DNA of 64,000 nucleotides, from positions 2,240,001 through 2,304,000 of the forward strand of contig CBDIID010000003.1 in assembly GCA_965279515.1 (NCBI GenBank). Reading direction: 5' to 3'. Numbering within the stretch: the stretch's first letter is position 1; every line of letters starts with the position of its first letter. Below, piece by piece: positions 48,703 through 58,656 of this stretch. The stretch is from Turneriella sp. (GTDB lineage Bacteria > Spirochaetota > Leptospiria > Turneriellales > Turneriellaceae). Below the pieces are notes generated by a model. The model had not been told where the DNA came from, searched no databases, and saw only the letters and a list, made by a program, of their open reading frames with translations. A program made the translations under genes and the position numbers.

Positions 48703-51107
48703 TGGCAGAATCTTCCGCTATCCGCTACCCATTGTTGCCACTGCGCGACATGGTTATTTACCCGGGTAGCGTCACGTCCATCTTTGTCGGCCGTGAAAAA
48801 TCGATGGAAGCAACGCGGCGCGCGATGGACGCCGACCGCAAGATTATTCTCGCCACACAGCGCAACGCTGAGATCACCATACCGGGTTTAAGCGATCTCT
48901 ATGAAACCGGCGTCGCTGCAGAAATTCTGCAGCTGCTGAAGATGCCCGATAACACGTATAAAATTCTCATAGAGGGCCTCAGCCGCGTACGCCTCGTCGA
49001 AATCGATGACAACGACGAGAAATGCCCGATCGGTGTCGCCGTCTCTGCCATGTCGGTGCAGCCCGCCGGCGAAAAAGAACTCCACCTCTATGAGAAATCT
49101 ACCGCCAAACTCGTCGACGCCTTTGAGCGCCTGAACGAGCAGCAGACCTTCATGCCCAGCGACAACTGGCGTGAGATTCGCGCGAAAGATGAACCCGAAC
49201 GACTGATCCACGCCATCGCCGAAAGCCTCAGGATTCCCTTCATCGAACAGCAGGATATTCTCGGCACCGATAACCTCTGGGAACGCGCCGAAAAAGTCAA
49301 AGCGGCGATGGAAAACCAGCTCGAACTGTCACGCCTCGAAGGCCAGATCCACGACAAGGTGCGCGCGCAGCTCGACAAGATGCAGCGCCAGTATTACCTG
49401 CAAGAGCAGATCAAGGCGATCCGCGAAGAGATGGGCGAAACCGAGCCCGACGAATTTGAAACGTTAAGAAAAAAAGCCAAGGCGAAAAACTGGCCAGACG
49501 ATATCCGCGCGAAAGCCGAGTCGGAGATCCGCAAGCTCGAAAAGATGCCGCCGATGTCGGCCGAATCGGGCGTGATCCGCAACTACCTCGACTGGTTGCT
49601 CGATCTGCCCTTTTCAGAGACGACGGTCGACAATGACGATATTTCCAAAGCCGAAAAGATTCTCGAAGAGAGCCATTATGGTCTCGAAAAAATCAAAGAC
49701 CGCATTCTCGAATTTATCGCCGTAAAACAATTGTCATCCGCCATGCGCGGCCCGATTCTTTGCCTCGTCGGCCCCCCGGGTGTCGGTAAGACCAGCCTCG
49801 CAAAGTCACTCGCCGAGGCCCTCGACCGTAAATTTGTGCGCATCGCCCTGGGCGGTGTGCGCGACGAAGCAGAGATTCGTGGCCATCGCCGCACCTATAT
49901 CGGTTCGATGCCCGGCCGCATCATCGCTGCACTCAAAAAAGTCAAAGTCAAGAACCCGGTGATTCTGCTCGATGAGATCGATAAGATTTCGTCGGATTTC
50001 CGCGGTAACCCGGCGGCGGCGCTGCTTGAAGTACTCGACCCCGAACAGAACAAAGAATTCACCGATCACTACCTCGACATTCCCTTTGATTTGTCACAGG
50101 CACTCTTTGTCGCCACGGCGAACGTCACACATTCTATTCCAGAGCCCTTACTCGACCGCCTTGAAATCATCCAGCTCTCAGGCTACACCGAGATGGAAAA
50201 AATCCAGATCGCAAACAAGTATCTCATTCCACGCCAGATCGAAGAAAACGGCATCAAGGGTGTCGACCTGCAATACACAAATAAATCCCTCGCCTACATT
50301 CTGCGCCACTATACCAAGGAAGCCGGCGTGCGCCAGGCAGAGCGTGAGCTAGCGCAGATTGCACGCAAAATCGCGCGCGAAGTTGTTGAGAAGAAACAAT
50401 CCGGAACCCAGGTGCTGGATAAACAATCGATCATCCAGTATCTCGGGCCCGCAAAATATCTCTATACGCGCAAAGAACTCGAAAACCCGGTCGGCAAGGT
50501 TTCGGGCCTCGCCTGGACATCTACCGGCGGCGATATACTCAATATCGAAGTGGCGCTCGCGCACGGCAAGGGCAAACTCTCGCTCACCGGTAACCTCGGC
50601 GACGTCATGAAAGAATCGGCGAACATTGCGCTGGGCTTTGTGCGCACGCAGGCCAATATTCTCGGTCTCAGCGCCGACTTCTTCGAAAAAAATGACATCT
50701 TTATCCACGTACCCGAAGGCGCGATTCCGAAAGACGGGCCGTCGGCGGGGATTACCCTCGTGACGGCGATTATTTCAGCGCTGACGCAGCGCGGCGTGCT
50801 CAGCCACATTGCCATGACCGGCGAAGTCACGCTGCGCGGCAACGTGCTGCCGATCGGCGGCCTCAAGGAAAAAGTGCTCGCGGCATTCCGCGGCGGCATC
50901 ACGCACGTGATTTGCCCGAAAGACAATGAAAAAGACTTTGCGGAAATTCCGCAGAGCATACGCCAGCAGATGCAGTTCCATTTTGTCTCACACGTGCGAG
51001 AAGTGATTGTACTCGCGCTGGTGCAAGGCTCTTCTATTTTCCAGGACAAGGCGGGACTCGCCTTCTACGCGACACATCTCACCGGTTCTACTACGCAACC
51101 GATGTAA
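48702..51107 (+). CDS. lon: Lon protease
   Basis: LPLRD, GPPGVGKT, DEIDK, PKDGPSAG, GGLKEK. Confidence 0.98.
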   Translation: MAESSAIRYPLLPLRDMVIYPGSVTSIFVGREKSMEATRRAMDADRKIILATQRNAEITIPGLSDLYETGVAAEILQLLKMPDNTYKILIEGLSRVRLVEIDDNDEKCPIGVAVSAMSVQPAGEKELHLYEKSTAKLVDAFERLNEQQTFMPSDNWREIRAKDEPERLIHAIAESLRIPFIEQQDILGTDNLWERAEKVKAAMENQLELSRLEGQIHDKVRAQLDKMQRQYYLQEQIKAIREEMGETEPDEFETLRKKAKAKNWPDDIRAKAESEIRKLEKMPPMSAESGVIRNYLDWLLDLPFSETTVDNDDISKAEKILEESHYGLEKIKDRILEFIAVKQLSSAMRGPILCLVGPPGVGKTSLAKSLAEALDRKFVRIALGGVRDEAEIRGHRRTYIGSMPGRIIAALKKVKVKNPVILLDEIDKISSDFRGNPAAALLEVLDPEQNKEFTDHYLDIPFDLSQALFVATANVTHSIPEPLLDRLEIIQLSGYTEMEKIQIANKYLIPRQIEENGIKGVDLQYTNKSLAYILRHYTKEAGVRQAERELAQIARKIAREVVEKKQSGTQVLDKQSIIQYLGPAKYLYTRKELENPVGKVSGLAWTSTGGDILNIEVALAHGKGKLSLTGNLGDVMKESANIALGFVRTQANILGLSADFFEKNDIFIHVPEGAIPKDGPSAGITLVTAIISALTQRGVLSHIAMTGEVTLRGNVLPIGGLKEKVLAAFRGGITHVICPKDNEKDFAEIPQSIRQQMQFHFVSHVREVIVLALVQGSSIFQDKAGLAFYATHLTGSTTQPM

Positions 51108-51122
51108 CCCCACCCCGGCCGG

Positions 51123-52214
51123 TTACGAACCGGCCCAGTCTGCGCCCGAGCATACCGCGGGACTTTCGGTTTTACTGGCATTGTCGAAATGCGTTCTGTA
51201 CTTCACTCCCGGTCTGTCTTTATAGTACTTTGACCAGGCCAGACGATCGCGGCATTTGGTTGTGACGACCGCTTCGCCGTTTTCGCCGCGCGCCACTTCA
51301 TAGATTGCAAACTGGAAGCTGCCACCGCTGTGATAGACGATCACCGCCTTGTGCTTCTTATTCTCAGGCGCGGTCACAGCCTTCAGCAATTGTTCAAACT
51401 GCGCTTTCGAGGTATACCCCGGGTCGACGGCGTTGGAGACATGGATGACGCTGATATCAGACAGGGGCTGCACCTGCACATCGTGCAGAAACGACAGTTG
51501 CAATTGGATCGCGCCCAGCATGCGGAAGTATATGGGAAAACGCTGGAAAACGAGCCGGCAATCAGGCCGGGTCGGCCAGTAACAAAAGCTGTCGACGGTG
51601 ATACCCTCTTCACGCGGGCGGATCTGCTCTTCGTCGCCGAAATTCGCCGACCAGCGTAGTTCGAGGTCTTTGAACTTCAGGGGCTGTTCTTTCAGTAAAC
51701 GTGACAGCACCTGCATTTGCAGGTCAAGAATGCGCCAGTCGATGTCGATCGACACCCATTTATTGCAGCCCATCGTCGTGTGCATAAAATACAGTTGGGC
51801 AAAACCCACTGAATAACAGTCCTTTTGCCCGGGATAAAACTCGCGCACCATGGAGAATGCCTTCTTGACAGCGAGGTCATTCATCGTAAAAAAATTATAA
51901 CAGCCCGCAATGATCTCCGAAAGATAGGCGTTATATTTCTGTGTCCACAGCAAGGGTGAGAATTTTTTGAAAGCGTAGATATTGCCGGGAACCTTTTTAT
52001 GCAATACCTGGCAGACGGGTTCGCTGTCCTCCGTCATTTTTTTAAACAGCGCCTCGGTTTCGGCCTGATTGTATTTTGCCTTCAGCTCGGGAAAAATCTC
52101 GCGGAGCTTTTCAGAAACCACAAGGCTGAGTTCCGGTTTTTCTTTCTTTTTAGTGCAGGAGAAACAAAACCCGGTAACTATGAATAGAATCAGGGGTAGG
52201 CGCAGCGAAAACAC
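51123..52214 (-). CDS. Hypothetical Cys-containing lipoprotein
   Basis: Signal with CFSC followed by TKKK; 363-aa ORF. Confidence 0.7.
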   Translation of the reverse strand: MFSLRLPLILFIVTGFCFSCTKKKEKPELSLVVSEKLREIFPELKAKYNQAETEALFKKMTEDSEPVCQVLHKKVPGNIYAFKKFSPLLWTQKYNAYLSEIIAGCYNFFTMNDLAVKKAFSMVREFYPGQKDCYSVGFAQLYFMHTTMGCNKWVSIDIDWRILDLQMQVLSRLLKEQPLKFKDLELRWSANFGDEEQIRPREEGITVDSFCYWPTRPDCRLVFQRFPIYFRMLGAIQLQLSFLHDVQVQPLSDISVIHVSNAVDPGYTSKAQFEQLLKAVTAPENKKHKAVIVYHSGGSFQFAIYEVARGENGEAVVTTKCRDRLAWSKYYKDRPGVKYRTHFDNASKTESPAVCSGADWAGS

Positions 52215-52248
52215 TGCGCATCGAGGGCGGGGCGCGCACTCTGTAAAG

Positions 52249-53802
52249 TCAATTTGGTTCGAGCAAAACCGGCGTTAACGCGGGATATCCGGGGCCATGC
52301 GGAGCAAGTTCGATTTTTTTCGTTTCGTATCCCTTTGCAGACACAGTGATTTCAACCGGTTCGGTACTTTTGGTCAGACGGAAAAAACTGCCATCTGCAG
52401 GATTCGTCGTTCGGGTCTCGCCTTCGAAAAAATTCACATCCGAAAAGCGTAGCGTGGCTTTGACAGCTTCGCCGCGCGCGTTTTTGACCTGGAGCGCGAA
52501 TTTATGGTTTTCCGTATAATCAGCCATCACCCCTGTCCAGAGAGGCTGATAACCTTCGAGATAATACGGGACATAGCGGTACTCACAATTACGGTAAGAA
52601 CTCTCGACGATGTAGGCGAGCGTACCATACTTAAAATAGAGATAGTCCTGGTCGGTGCCGTCGACGGGATAAATATTCTTCACTGCCCGAAATCCCCGCT
52701 TCGGATTATGATGGCGTACCTTCGGCACAATATCGCGGGCGAACGCCCAGGCATAATCGGGTGTCGGGTTGCGGACATTCTCGATCGTGTACGGCACGAG
52801 AATTTTTCCCGAGACGGCATGGAAGCTTACCGCATAGAGAAAACGCTCGCGCTCGGCGAGCTCCATAATAGCCCGCGTCTCTTTTTCTGAACCCGGCGCG
52901 ACGCCGCGAAAATAGACATTGTTCGGATCTTCGCTCGAGGCCTTCTTATGCCCCGAGTTCCAGCGGAAAGGAAAGTTGCGGTTGAGGTCAACACCGCGCA
53001 GCGGCGCTCCCGTTGTCTGTCCAGGCCCCACCGCCGCATTCTTGCGGCCCATGAGGCTCGAAGCATGCCAGAAGAAAAAATTCCCATCAGGGTTGGCGAT
53101 CGGTATAATCCAGAGACTCAGGTGCTCCAGCGCGTCGCTGTAACTTCCCGGATTTTTGAGTATTTCATAGATGATATGGTAACAGTGCTCCGTCGCCGTG
53201 AGCTCATTGCCGTGCAGAGCCCCGGAGAAAAGCAGGGGGATTTTTTTCTGTGTGGATTTGAAATCCGTGATTTGCAGCGCGAGAATATTGCGCCCCAGCC
53301 CTGTCGTGCCGATGATATGCAGCTTCGCATGCCGCGGAAAGGCCTGCACGACGCCCGCCAGCAGCACCTCGTTCAGCATCGGATCTTTATACCCTGCCAT
53401 CAGGTCTTCGGGTGAAGTATAACCCTGTTGCAGGCGCATATTATAGGTCGGATCAAAATAAATGAACGGCGGGTATTTCCCGGCTTCGCGCAGCTGGAAA
53501 TCTGCCAGCGCGGCGTCTTTTGCCTCGCTCATGTTTATGAGATAAACCGAAGCCTCACCTTTTTCAGTAACGAAAACCGGATCTATACCGAAGCGCTCGC
53601 GGTATTTTTCGCGGAAGGAGCTGGCGACGGCAGTCTGCACAAAATAGGGTTTTCGTGTTTTCGACTCCTGGATTTCATCGCTGATCGCGGCCTCGTCGAT
53701 CAGCTGCGGCGCTTTGACGGTAGACCGGCAAATCGGCACGAGCAAAATAACGGCAACGGAAAACAGCAAACCACGAAGCATGCGGATGGTGATTTGAGAC
53801 AC
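52249..53802 (-). CDS. M14 zinc carboxypeptidase
   Basis: HGNE, NPDG, RKN, GVDLNRNF, SFH; C-terminal carboxypeptidase-regulatory-like domain. Confidence 0.9.
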   Translation of the reverse strand: MSQITIRMLRGLLFSVAVILLVPICRSTVKAPQLIDEAAISDEIQESKTRKPYFVQTAVASSFREKYRERFGIDPVFVTEKGEASVYLINMSEAKDAALADFQLREAGKYPPFIYFDPTYNMRLQQGYTSPEDLMAGYKDPMLNEVLLAGVVQAFPRHAKLHIIGTTGLGRNILALQITDFKSTQKKIPLLFSGALHGNELTATEHCYHIIYEILKNPGSYSDALEHLSLWIIPIANPDGNFFFWHASSLMGRKNAAVGPGQTTGAPLRGVDLNRNFPFRWNSGHKKASSEDPNNVYFRGVAPGSEKETRAIMELAERERFLYAVSFHAVSGKILVPYTIENVRNPTPDYAWAFARDIVPKVRHHNPKRGFRAVKNIYPVDGTDQDYLYFKYGTLAYIVESSYRNCEYRYVPYYLEGYQPLWTGVMADYTENHKFALQVKNARGEAVKATLRFSDVNFFEGETRTTNPADGSFFRLTKSTEPVEITVSAKGYETKKIELAPHGPGYPALTPVLLEPN

Positions 53803-53895
53803 GCCGCTGCGCTGTCATCTAAATGCCGGAAAAGTGAAATCGCGATCCCCTAAAAGGAGATTTACGCAGCGCGGAAAAATCTTGATCTGATCGGA

Positions 53896-54771
53896 ATGGT
53901 ATTCACCCTGCGCTTTTCAGGCACCATCTTGTTTTTTCTCGCTGTTAGTCTCATTACCTGTGGAAAAAAGGCTGAAGCATGCGGCATCGAAATCCCCGGA
54001 ATGAAGTGCATCCCCGCGGGTTTCTTCATTCGCGGTTCGAATAACCACGACGCCGACGAGAAACCCGAAGAAAAAATTCTGCTCGATGCGTTTTACATCG
54101 ACACCTACGAGACGACCAACCGCGAATTTAATGAATGCCTTGCCGCCGGTAAATGCCGCAATTGCCTGAAGGCCAATAAATGCACACAGGTGACACCGGG
54201 CTATGGCAAACCCTATATGGGCGAGAAACAACCGATCGTCGGCATCAGTTGGTATACGGCGAAAGAGTACTGCGAGTTCCGCGGTAAGCGCCTGCCGACC
54301 GAGGCCGAATGGGAAAAGGCCGCGCGTGGCCCCGACGGTAACCTTTATCCCTGGGGCAATGAACCCGCAACCTGCGCGCGCGCTGTCATTGAAGAAGGCA
54401 CGGGCGCAAATAAGGTGAAAGGTTGTTTTCCCAAACGCACCGCCGTCGAATGGCACATGCATACCGCCAACGTCGGCACAAAGGCCCCCGGCGCGTATGG
54501 CCTCTATGACATGGCGGGTAATTCGTGGGAATGGGTCGAAGACTGGTATGCACCTTCTTATGCGGCCTGTGGCGAAGCCTGCCGCGGTAAAAACCCGAAA
54601 GGCCCTTGTGCCGGCGCAGAGACTTGCCCGGGCTATACGAAACGCGTTTTGAAGAGCGGCTCGTGGTGGTGGCCCGGCGACTATGCCCGCGGTTCGAAAC
54701 GGCGCGCGCACGTACCGCAGAACTTTCCCGAATACCATCACTTTGGTTTCCGCTGCGCGAAATCCATTTGA
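53896..54771 (+). CDS. FGE-sulfatase (SUMF1) domain lipoprotein
   Basis: RLPTEAEWEKAARG, YGLYDMAGNSWEW, GFRC. Confidence 0.92.
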   Translation: MVFTLRFSGTILFFLAVSLITCGKKAEACGIEIPGMKCIPAGFFIRGSNNHDADEKPEEKILLDAFYIDTYETTNREFNECLAAGKCRNCLKANKCTQVTPGYGKPYMGEKQPIVGISWYTAKEYCEFRGKRLPTEAEWEKAARGPDGNLYPWGNEPATCARAVIEEGTGANKVKGCFPKRTAVEWHMHTANVGTKAPGAYGLYDMAGNSWEWVEDWYAPSYAACGEACRGKNPKGPCAGAETCPGYTKRVLKSGSWWWPGDYARGSKRRAHVPQNFPEYHHFGFRCAKSI

Positions 54772-54801
54772 CGGCGGCATTGCATCGGGGCCGGATAACC
54801 C

Positions 54802-55101
54802 ATGAAATTCACCTTCGCCCTAATCGTGCTATTCTCCCTGGGCCTTTGCCAGTGCCGGCAGAAAAAACCGACCGCGGCGGCAAAAGGTAACTCAATTGCC
54901 TATGCGAAGGCGCGCTGCACCTGCGAGAAATTGAAGAAGAAAAACCCTCCCGGCGATCTCACACGCTGCACCGACGACATGGCAAAGGCCACGCGTTACC
55001 TCAAAATTAACCTTGAATTCAACAGTTTCAGCGAGGCCGATAAGGCCGAAATCGCCAAGGCCGGGGATGACGCTTTTGCGAAATGTATAGCAGAACCTTA
55101 G
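54802..55101 (+). CDS. Small hypothetical lipoprotein
   Basis: Signal peptide with Cys; paired Cys residues. Confidence 0.65.
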   Translation: MKFTFALIVLFSLGLCQCRQKKPTAAAKGNSIAYAKARCTCEKLKKKNPPGDLTRCTDDMAKATRYLKINLEFNSFSEADKAEIAKAGDDAFAKCIAEP

Positions 55102-55129
55102 ACCCTGCCGATAATCTAAGGGTATCCCC

Positions 55130-56650
55130 ATGCCCGAAGGTCTGCGTCATATTCTCGATTTTATCTCCCGCCACCGGGTATTCTTTATCTCCGGCGGGGT
55201 TGTTTTTGCCCTCTTCGTGACGGCCCTCATCACACTGATTGTCGCCTTGAAGCGCGCGAGGCGGATGCACGCCCCTAACCCCGCCCCTTCCCCCAAGTCT
55301 GGGGGAAGGGAGCTAGCCCCCGAGGGGGAAGGGGGTGAGGCCCCACCCCGTGTAAAGCGCGCCAAACTTTCGATCGGCGATGCGCCGAGCCCCTGGACAC
55401 AGGGCATCTACGAGCAGCATTCACCGGAAAGTAAAATCGAAGCCCTGCTGCCCGCCTTTGCCTTCGACGAGGCGGGCAACATTCACCGGGTACAGATGCC
55501 CGACGCCGTGCAGGGCGCGGACTTTCTCAGCGCCGTGCGGCACTGCGACACCGCCGCCGGGCTTGCCGTGAACGGCGCCTATGCGACGCTGCTGCTGTGG
55601 CATAGCGGCGACCCTTCGTATGCGCAGATGGCACTCAAGGTCGCAAGCCATGCACAGATCGCGCCCGAGCAAAAAGAACTCATCCGTTTTTTATTCCAGG
55701 ACGTCATCGGCAAACCGCTCTCGCCGCGCTCCGTACCGGGATTAACCCGCTGGTCGAAACCGGCATTCCAGGCGGCAGTCACGCTCTACAATTCCGCAAA
55801 AATATCACCGCAAAAATCGCAGGATCTCGAAAAACTGCTGCCGGTCGAATTCCGCCGTTTCTATGAACTCGAGCTGGCGCAGAAATTACCCGCAAAGACC
55901 ATTTACCGCGAGGCGGCCACCAGCCCGGTTTTCAGCGAGGGCCTTTACCTCACGAACCTGAAAACACTGCGCCGCTACATGAGTCCCTCGCGCTGGTTAC
56001 GGATCCGCAATTCGGGCAATACCGCGCGTTTCAGCGAATGGATACGCAACCTGCCCTGCGAAACCGAAACCGATGCGCTGCTGCAGGTCGCGAACCCCGA
56101 TATATTTGAAAAAGAAGATTTGCCCGAAGATCTGGCCCTGAAAATCCAGGAGATTTTTGCAACGACGGATATCCGCAGCTGGCTTTTCGACAACGGAAAA
56201 AAACCGCCGCTGACCTGCCGTCTGCATTATTTCAAATTTTTCTGTTTGTTCGAACGTTACAACGAGGCTGTGCGTTGTTTCGCCTATCTCGGCATCTTCC
56301 GCCGCGACCGCGCGACACGCCTCTATTACGCGCGCGCGTTATTCGCCGTGCAGATGCAGCACGAGGCATGGACCGAGATGAGCGCGCTGATGACCGATTA
56401 CCCGCGCGACGCGGCGGTGTTGAACGAAGCGGCGATTTACGCGCACAAACTCGGGCGCCATGAAGAAGCCGCGGAAATTTTTGGACTCGCACGGGGCATG
56501 TACCCCGACGACGCGACGCTCGCTTACAACGAAGCAGTCTTCACCGAGCAGTTCAGCCAGGTGCAGATTCAGGAAAAATGGTCTGCGGTGCAAAAAATGA
56601 CCGAATGGTCAAAACCGCAGAAAATCGTTTCACCGCCGGTGGTGGAATAA
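55130..56650 (+). CDS. Membrane-anchored TPR-containing protein
   Basis: N-terminal TM helix; C-terminal TPR-like helices. Confidence 0.75.
   Translation: MPEGLRHILDFISRHRVFFISGGVVFALFVTALITLIVALKRARRMHAPNPAPSPKSGGRELAPEGEGGEAPPRVKRAKLSIGDAPSPWTQGIYEQHSPESKIEALLPAFAFDEAGNIHRVQMPDAVQGADFLSAVRHCDTAAGLAVNGAYATLLLWHSGDPSYAQMALKVASHAQIAPEQKELIRFLFQDVIGKPLSPRSVPGLTRWSKPAFQAAVTLYNSAKISPQKSQDLEKLLPVEFRRFYELELAQKLPAKTIYREAATSPVFSEGLYLTNLKTLRRYMSPSRWLRIRNSGNTARFSEWIRNLPCETETDALLQVANPDIFEKEDLPEDLALKIQEIFATTDIRSWLFDNGKKPPLTCRLHYFKFFCLFERYNEAVRCFAYLGIFRRDRATRLYYARALFAVQMQHEAWTEMSALMTDYPRDAAVLNEAAIYAHKLGRHEEAAEIFGLARGMYPDDATLAYNEAVFTEQFSQVQIQEKWSAVQKMTEWSKPQKIVSPPVVE
55271..55345. repeat. Palindromic dispersed repeat lying in frame within a CDS
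   Basis: CCCTTCCCCCA-AGTC-TGGGGGAAGGG hairpin plus CCCCC-GA-GGGGG; related to 7852-7891 and 61475-61560. Confidence 0.7.
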
Positions 56651-56666
56651 CCGCCGCGGTGCAGGC

Positions 56667-57011
56667 TTAAGCGGCGGCAGTCTGTGCCTGGAGAGCTTCC
56701 TCGACACTGTTATAGTTAGTAAAGAGCTCCAGCGCCCGAATGCCCCTTAAAACCTTGAGCACTTGCTCTGTAAGATTTACCAGAATCATGCTGCCGCTAT
56801 AGGTCTTGATAAACTGTTGCAGAGAGAATAGCATACCGATCGCCGAAGAATCGATTGATTCGACTTCCCCTAAATCAAAAACAACGGTGCGTGGTTGGGG
56901 TTGAAGGTGGTCCCGTATCAGGCCATTGAGGTCAGTGACGTTATACATATCGAGTTTCGTTTTTTGAATTTGCAGCACTACCGCATTATTTTCTTGAATC
57001 GCTTCGAGCAT
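56667..57011 (-). CDS. STAS-domain anti-anti-sigma factor
   Basis: VVFDLGEVESIDSSAIGML. Confidence 0.9.
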   Translation of the reverse strand: MLEAIQENNAVVLQIQKTKLDMYNVTDLNGLIRDHLQPQPRTVVFDLGEVESIDSSAIGMLFSLQQFIKTYSGSMILVNLTEQVLKVLRGIRALELFTNYNSVEEALQAQTAAA

Positions 57012-57115
57012 GGCAAGTTAGACGCGGGCTCTTTGATTTTGCCAACAAAGGAAAAATAGTGAACACTTGTTCAATTTTAAGTTGACAGACAGTTTCTGCT
57101 TTTGCGCCCTGCACC

Positions 57116-58603
57116 ATGAAAGAGAAACAGTTGGATGTACTCATCATCGGTTCCGGCTTCAGCGGCATCGGTACGGCGATCAACCTGCAAAAACAGGGCG
57201 TGACGAACTTCAGGATCGTCGACAAAGGTAAGGATTTCGGCGGTACCTGGCGCGATAATTTTTACCCCGGCGCGGCGTGCGACGTGCCATCACACCTCTA
57301 CTCATTCTCTTTTGAACAAAACCCCAACTGGTCGCGTATGTTTGCGACGTCGGATGAAATACAGGCCTACTTATTAGGCGTGGTCGAAAAATACCGCCTG
57401 CGCGAGAAAGCTGAATTCGGCACCACGGTAACCGGCATGAAATTCGATGAAACATCGGGTACCTGGACAGTGACAACCAAAGAAGGGAAGACGATTGTTG
57501 CACGGGTTGTCGTATCCGCGATGGGCGCCCTCTCGAATCCCGCGATTCCCAAAATTGAAGGCTCTGACTCATTTCAAGGCGAGATCTTACACACGGCGCG
57601 CTGGCGCCGCGATGTGAACCTCAAAGGCAAAAAGGTCGCCGTCGTCGGCGGTGGCGCCAGCGCGATTCAGCTGGTGCCTGCGATTGCACCCGATGTGAAA
57701 GAACTCACAGTATTCCAGCGCACGCCCTCGTGGATTATCCCCAAACCCGACTATGAGATCGGCGCGTTTGAAAAATCACTCTATCGCGCGCTGCCGTTTG
57801 TGCAAACGCTGCGCCGCAACACAATCTATGCCATCACCGAAATGTTCGGTGCCGGTATCGTTTTTAATACGCCAATGACCTCGGCTCTCGAACGCCTCGC
57901 GCGCTGGAATATTGAACGCACCATTCAAGATCCCGCGTTGCGCGCGAAGGTCACGCCGGATTACCGCTTCGGCTGCAAGCGCATGCTCATTTCGAATGAC
58001 TGGTATCCCGCGCTCGTGCGTGACAATGTCGAACTCGTGGCATCTCCCGTAACCAAGATCCATCCCACCGGGGTCGAATCGAATGGTCAGAAATTTGACG
58101 CGGATGTCTTGATCTATGCTACGGGTTTTGAAGTGCCGAAAGCCGGAGTGCCCTATCCCGTGGATGGTGCGCGCGGACACAATCTCAACAACGACTGGGC
58201 GCGCGGCGCCGAATCTTATCTCGGCATGAGCACCCACGGTTTTCCGAACCTGTTTTTCTGCATGGGGCCCAATACAGGTCCCGGGCATACCTCGGTACTT
58301 GTTTACACAGAACCGCAATACCGCTACATCGCCGCGGCCGTCTCGCGCATGCTCACCGAAGGCATACAGAGTATCGAGGTGAAAGCTGAAAAGCAGGCGG
58401 AGTTCACCCACTTCATCGACGAGCGCATGAAGATCACCAACTGGACGTCGGGTTGCAAGAGCTGGTACCTCACCGATTCAGGGCGCAATACGACCCTCTA
58501 TCCCGGGTTTGCCGGCGAATATGTTTTGAAGGCAAGCCAGTTTCACCCTAGGGATTTCGATATAATACACAAGACCGGCGCGAGAGAGAAGAAAGTCGCG
58601 TAA
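57116..58603 (+). CDS. Flavin-containing monooxygenase (Baeyer-Villiger type)
   Basis: GSGFSG, GGTW..N.YPG..CD, FQGEILHTARW fingerprint, GGGASA, ATGF. Confidence 0.93.
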   Translation: MKEKQLDVLIIGSGFSGIGTAINLQKQGVTNFRIVDKGKDFGGTWRDNFYPGAACDVPSHLYSFSFEQNPNWSRMFATSDEIQAYLLGVVEKYRLREKAEFGTTVTGMKFDETSGTWTVTTKEGKTIVARVVVSAMGALSNPAIPKIEGSDSFQGEILHTARWRRDVNLKGKKVAVVGGGASAIQLVPAIAPDVKELTVFQRTPSWIIPKPDYEIGAFEKSLYRALPFVQTLRRNTIYAITEMFGAGIVFNTPMTSALERLARWNIERTIQDPALRAKVTPDYRFGCKRMLISNDWYPALVRDNVELVASPVTKIHPTGVESNGQKFDADVLIYATGFEVPKAGVPYPVDGARGHNLNNDWARGAESYLGMSTHGFPNLFFCMGPNTGPGHTSVLVYTEPQYRYIAAAVSRMLTEGIQSIEVKAEKQAEFTHFIDERMKITNWTSGCKSWYLTDSGRNTTLYPGFAGEYVLKASQFHPRDFDIIHKTGAREKKVA

Positions 58604-58656
58604 CATGTCCCTGTCGGCTTGACACCGCTGGTTGCATCGCCGGTCTAAATCCGCCG

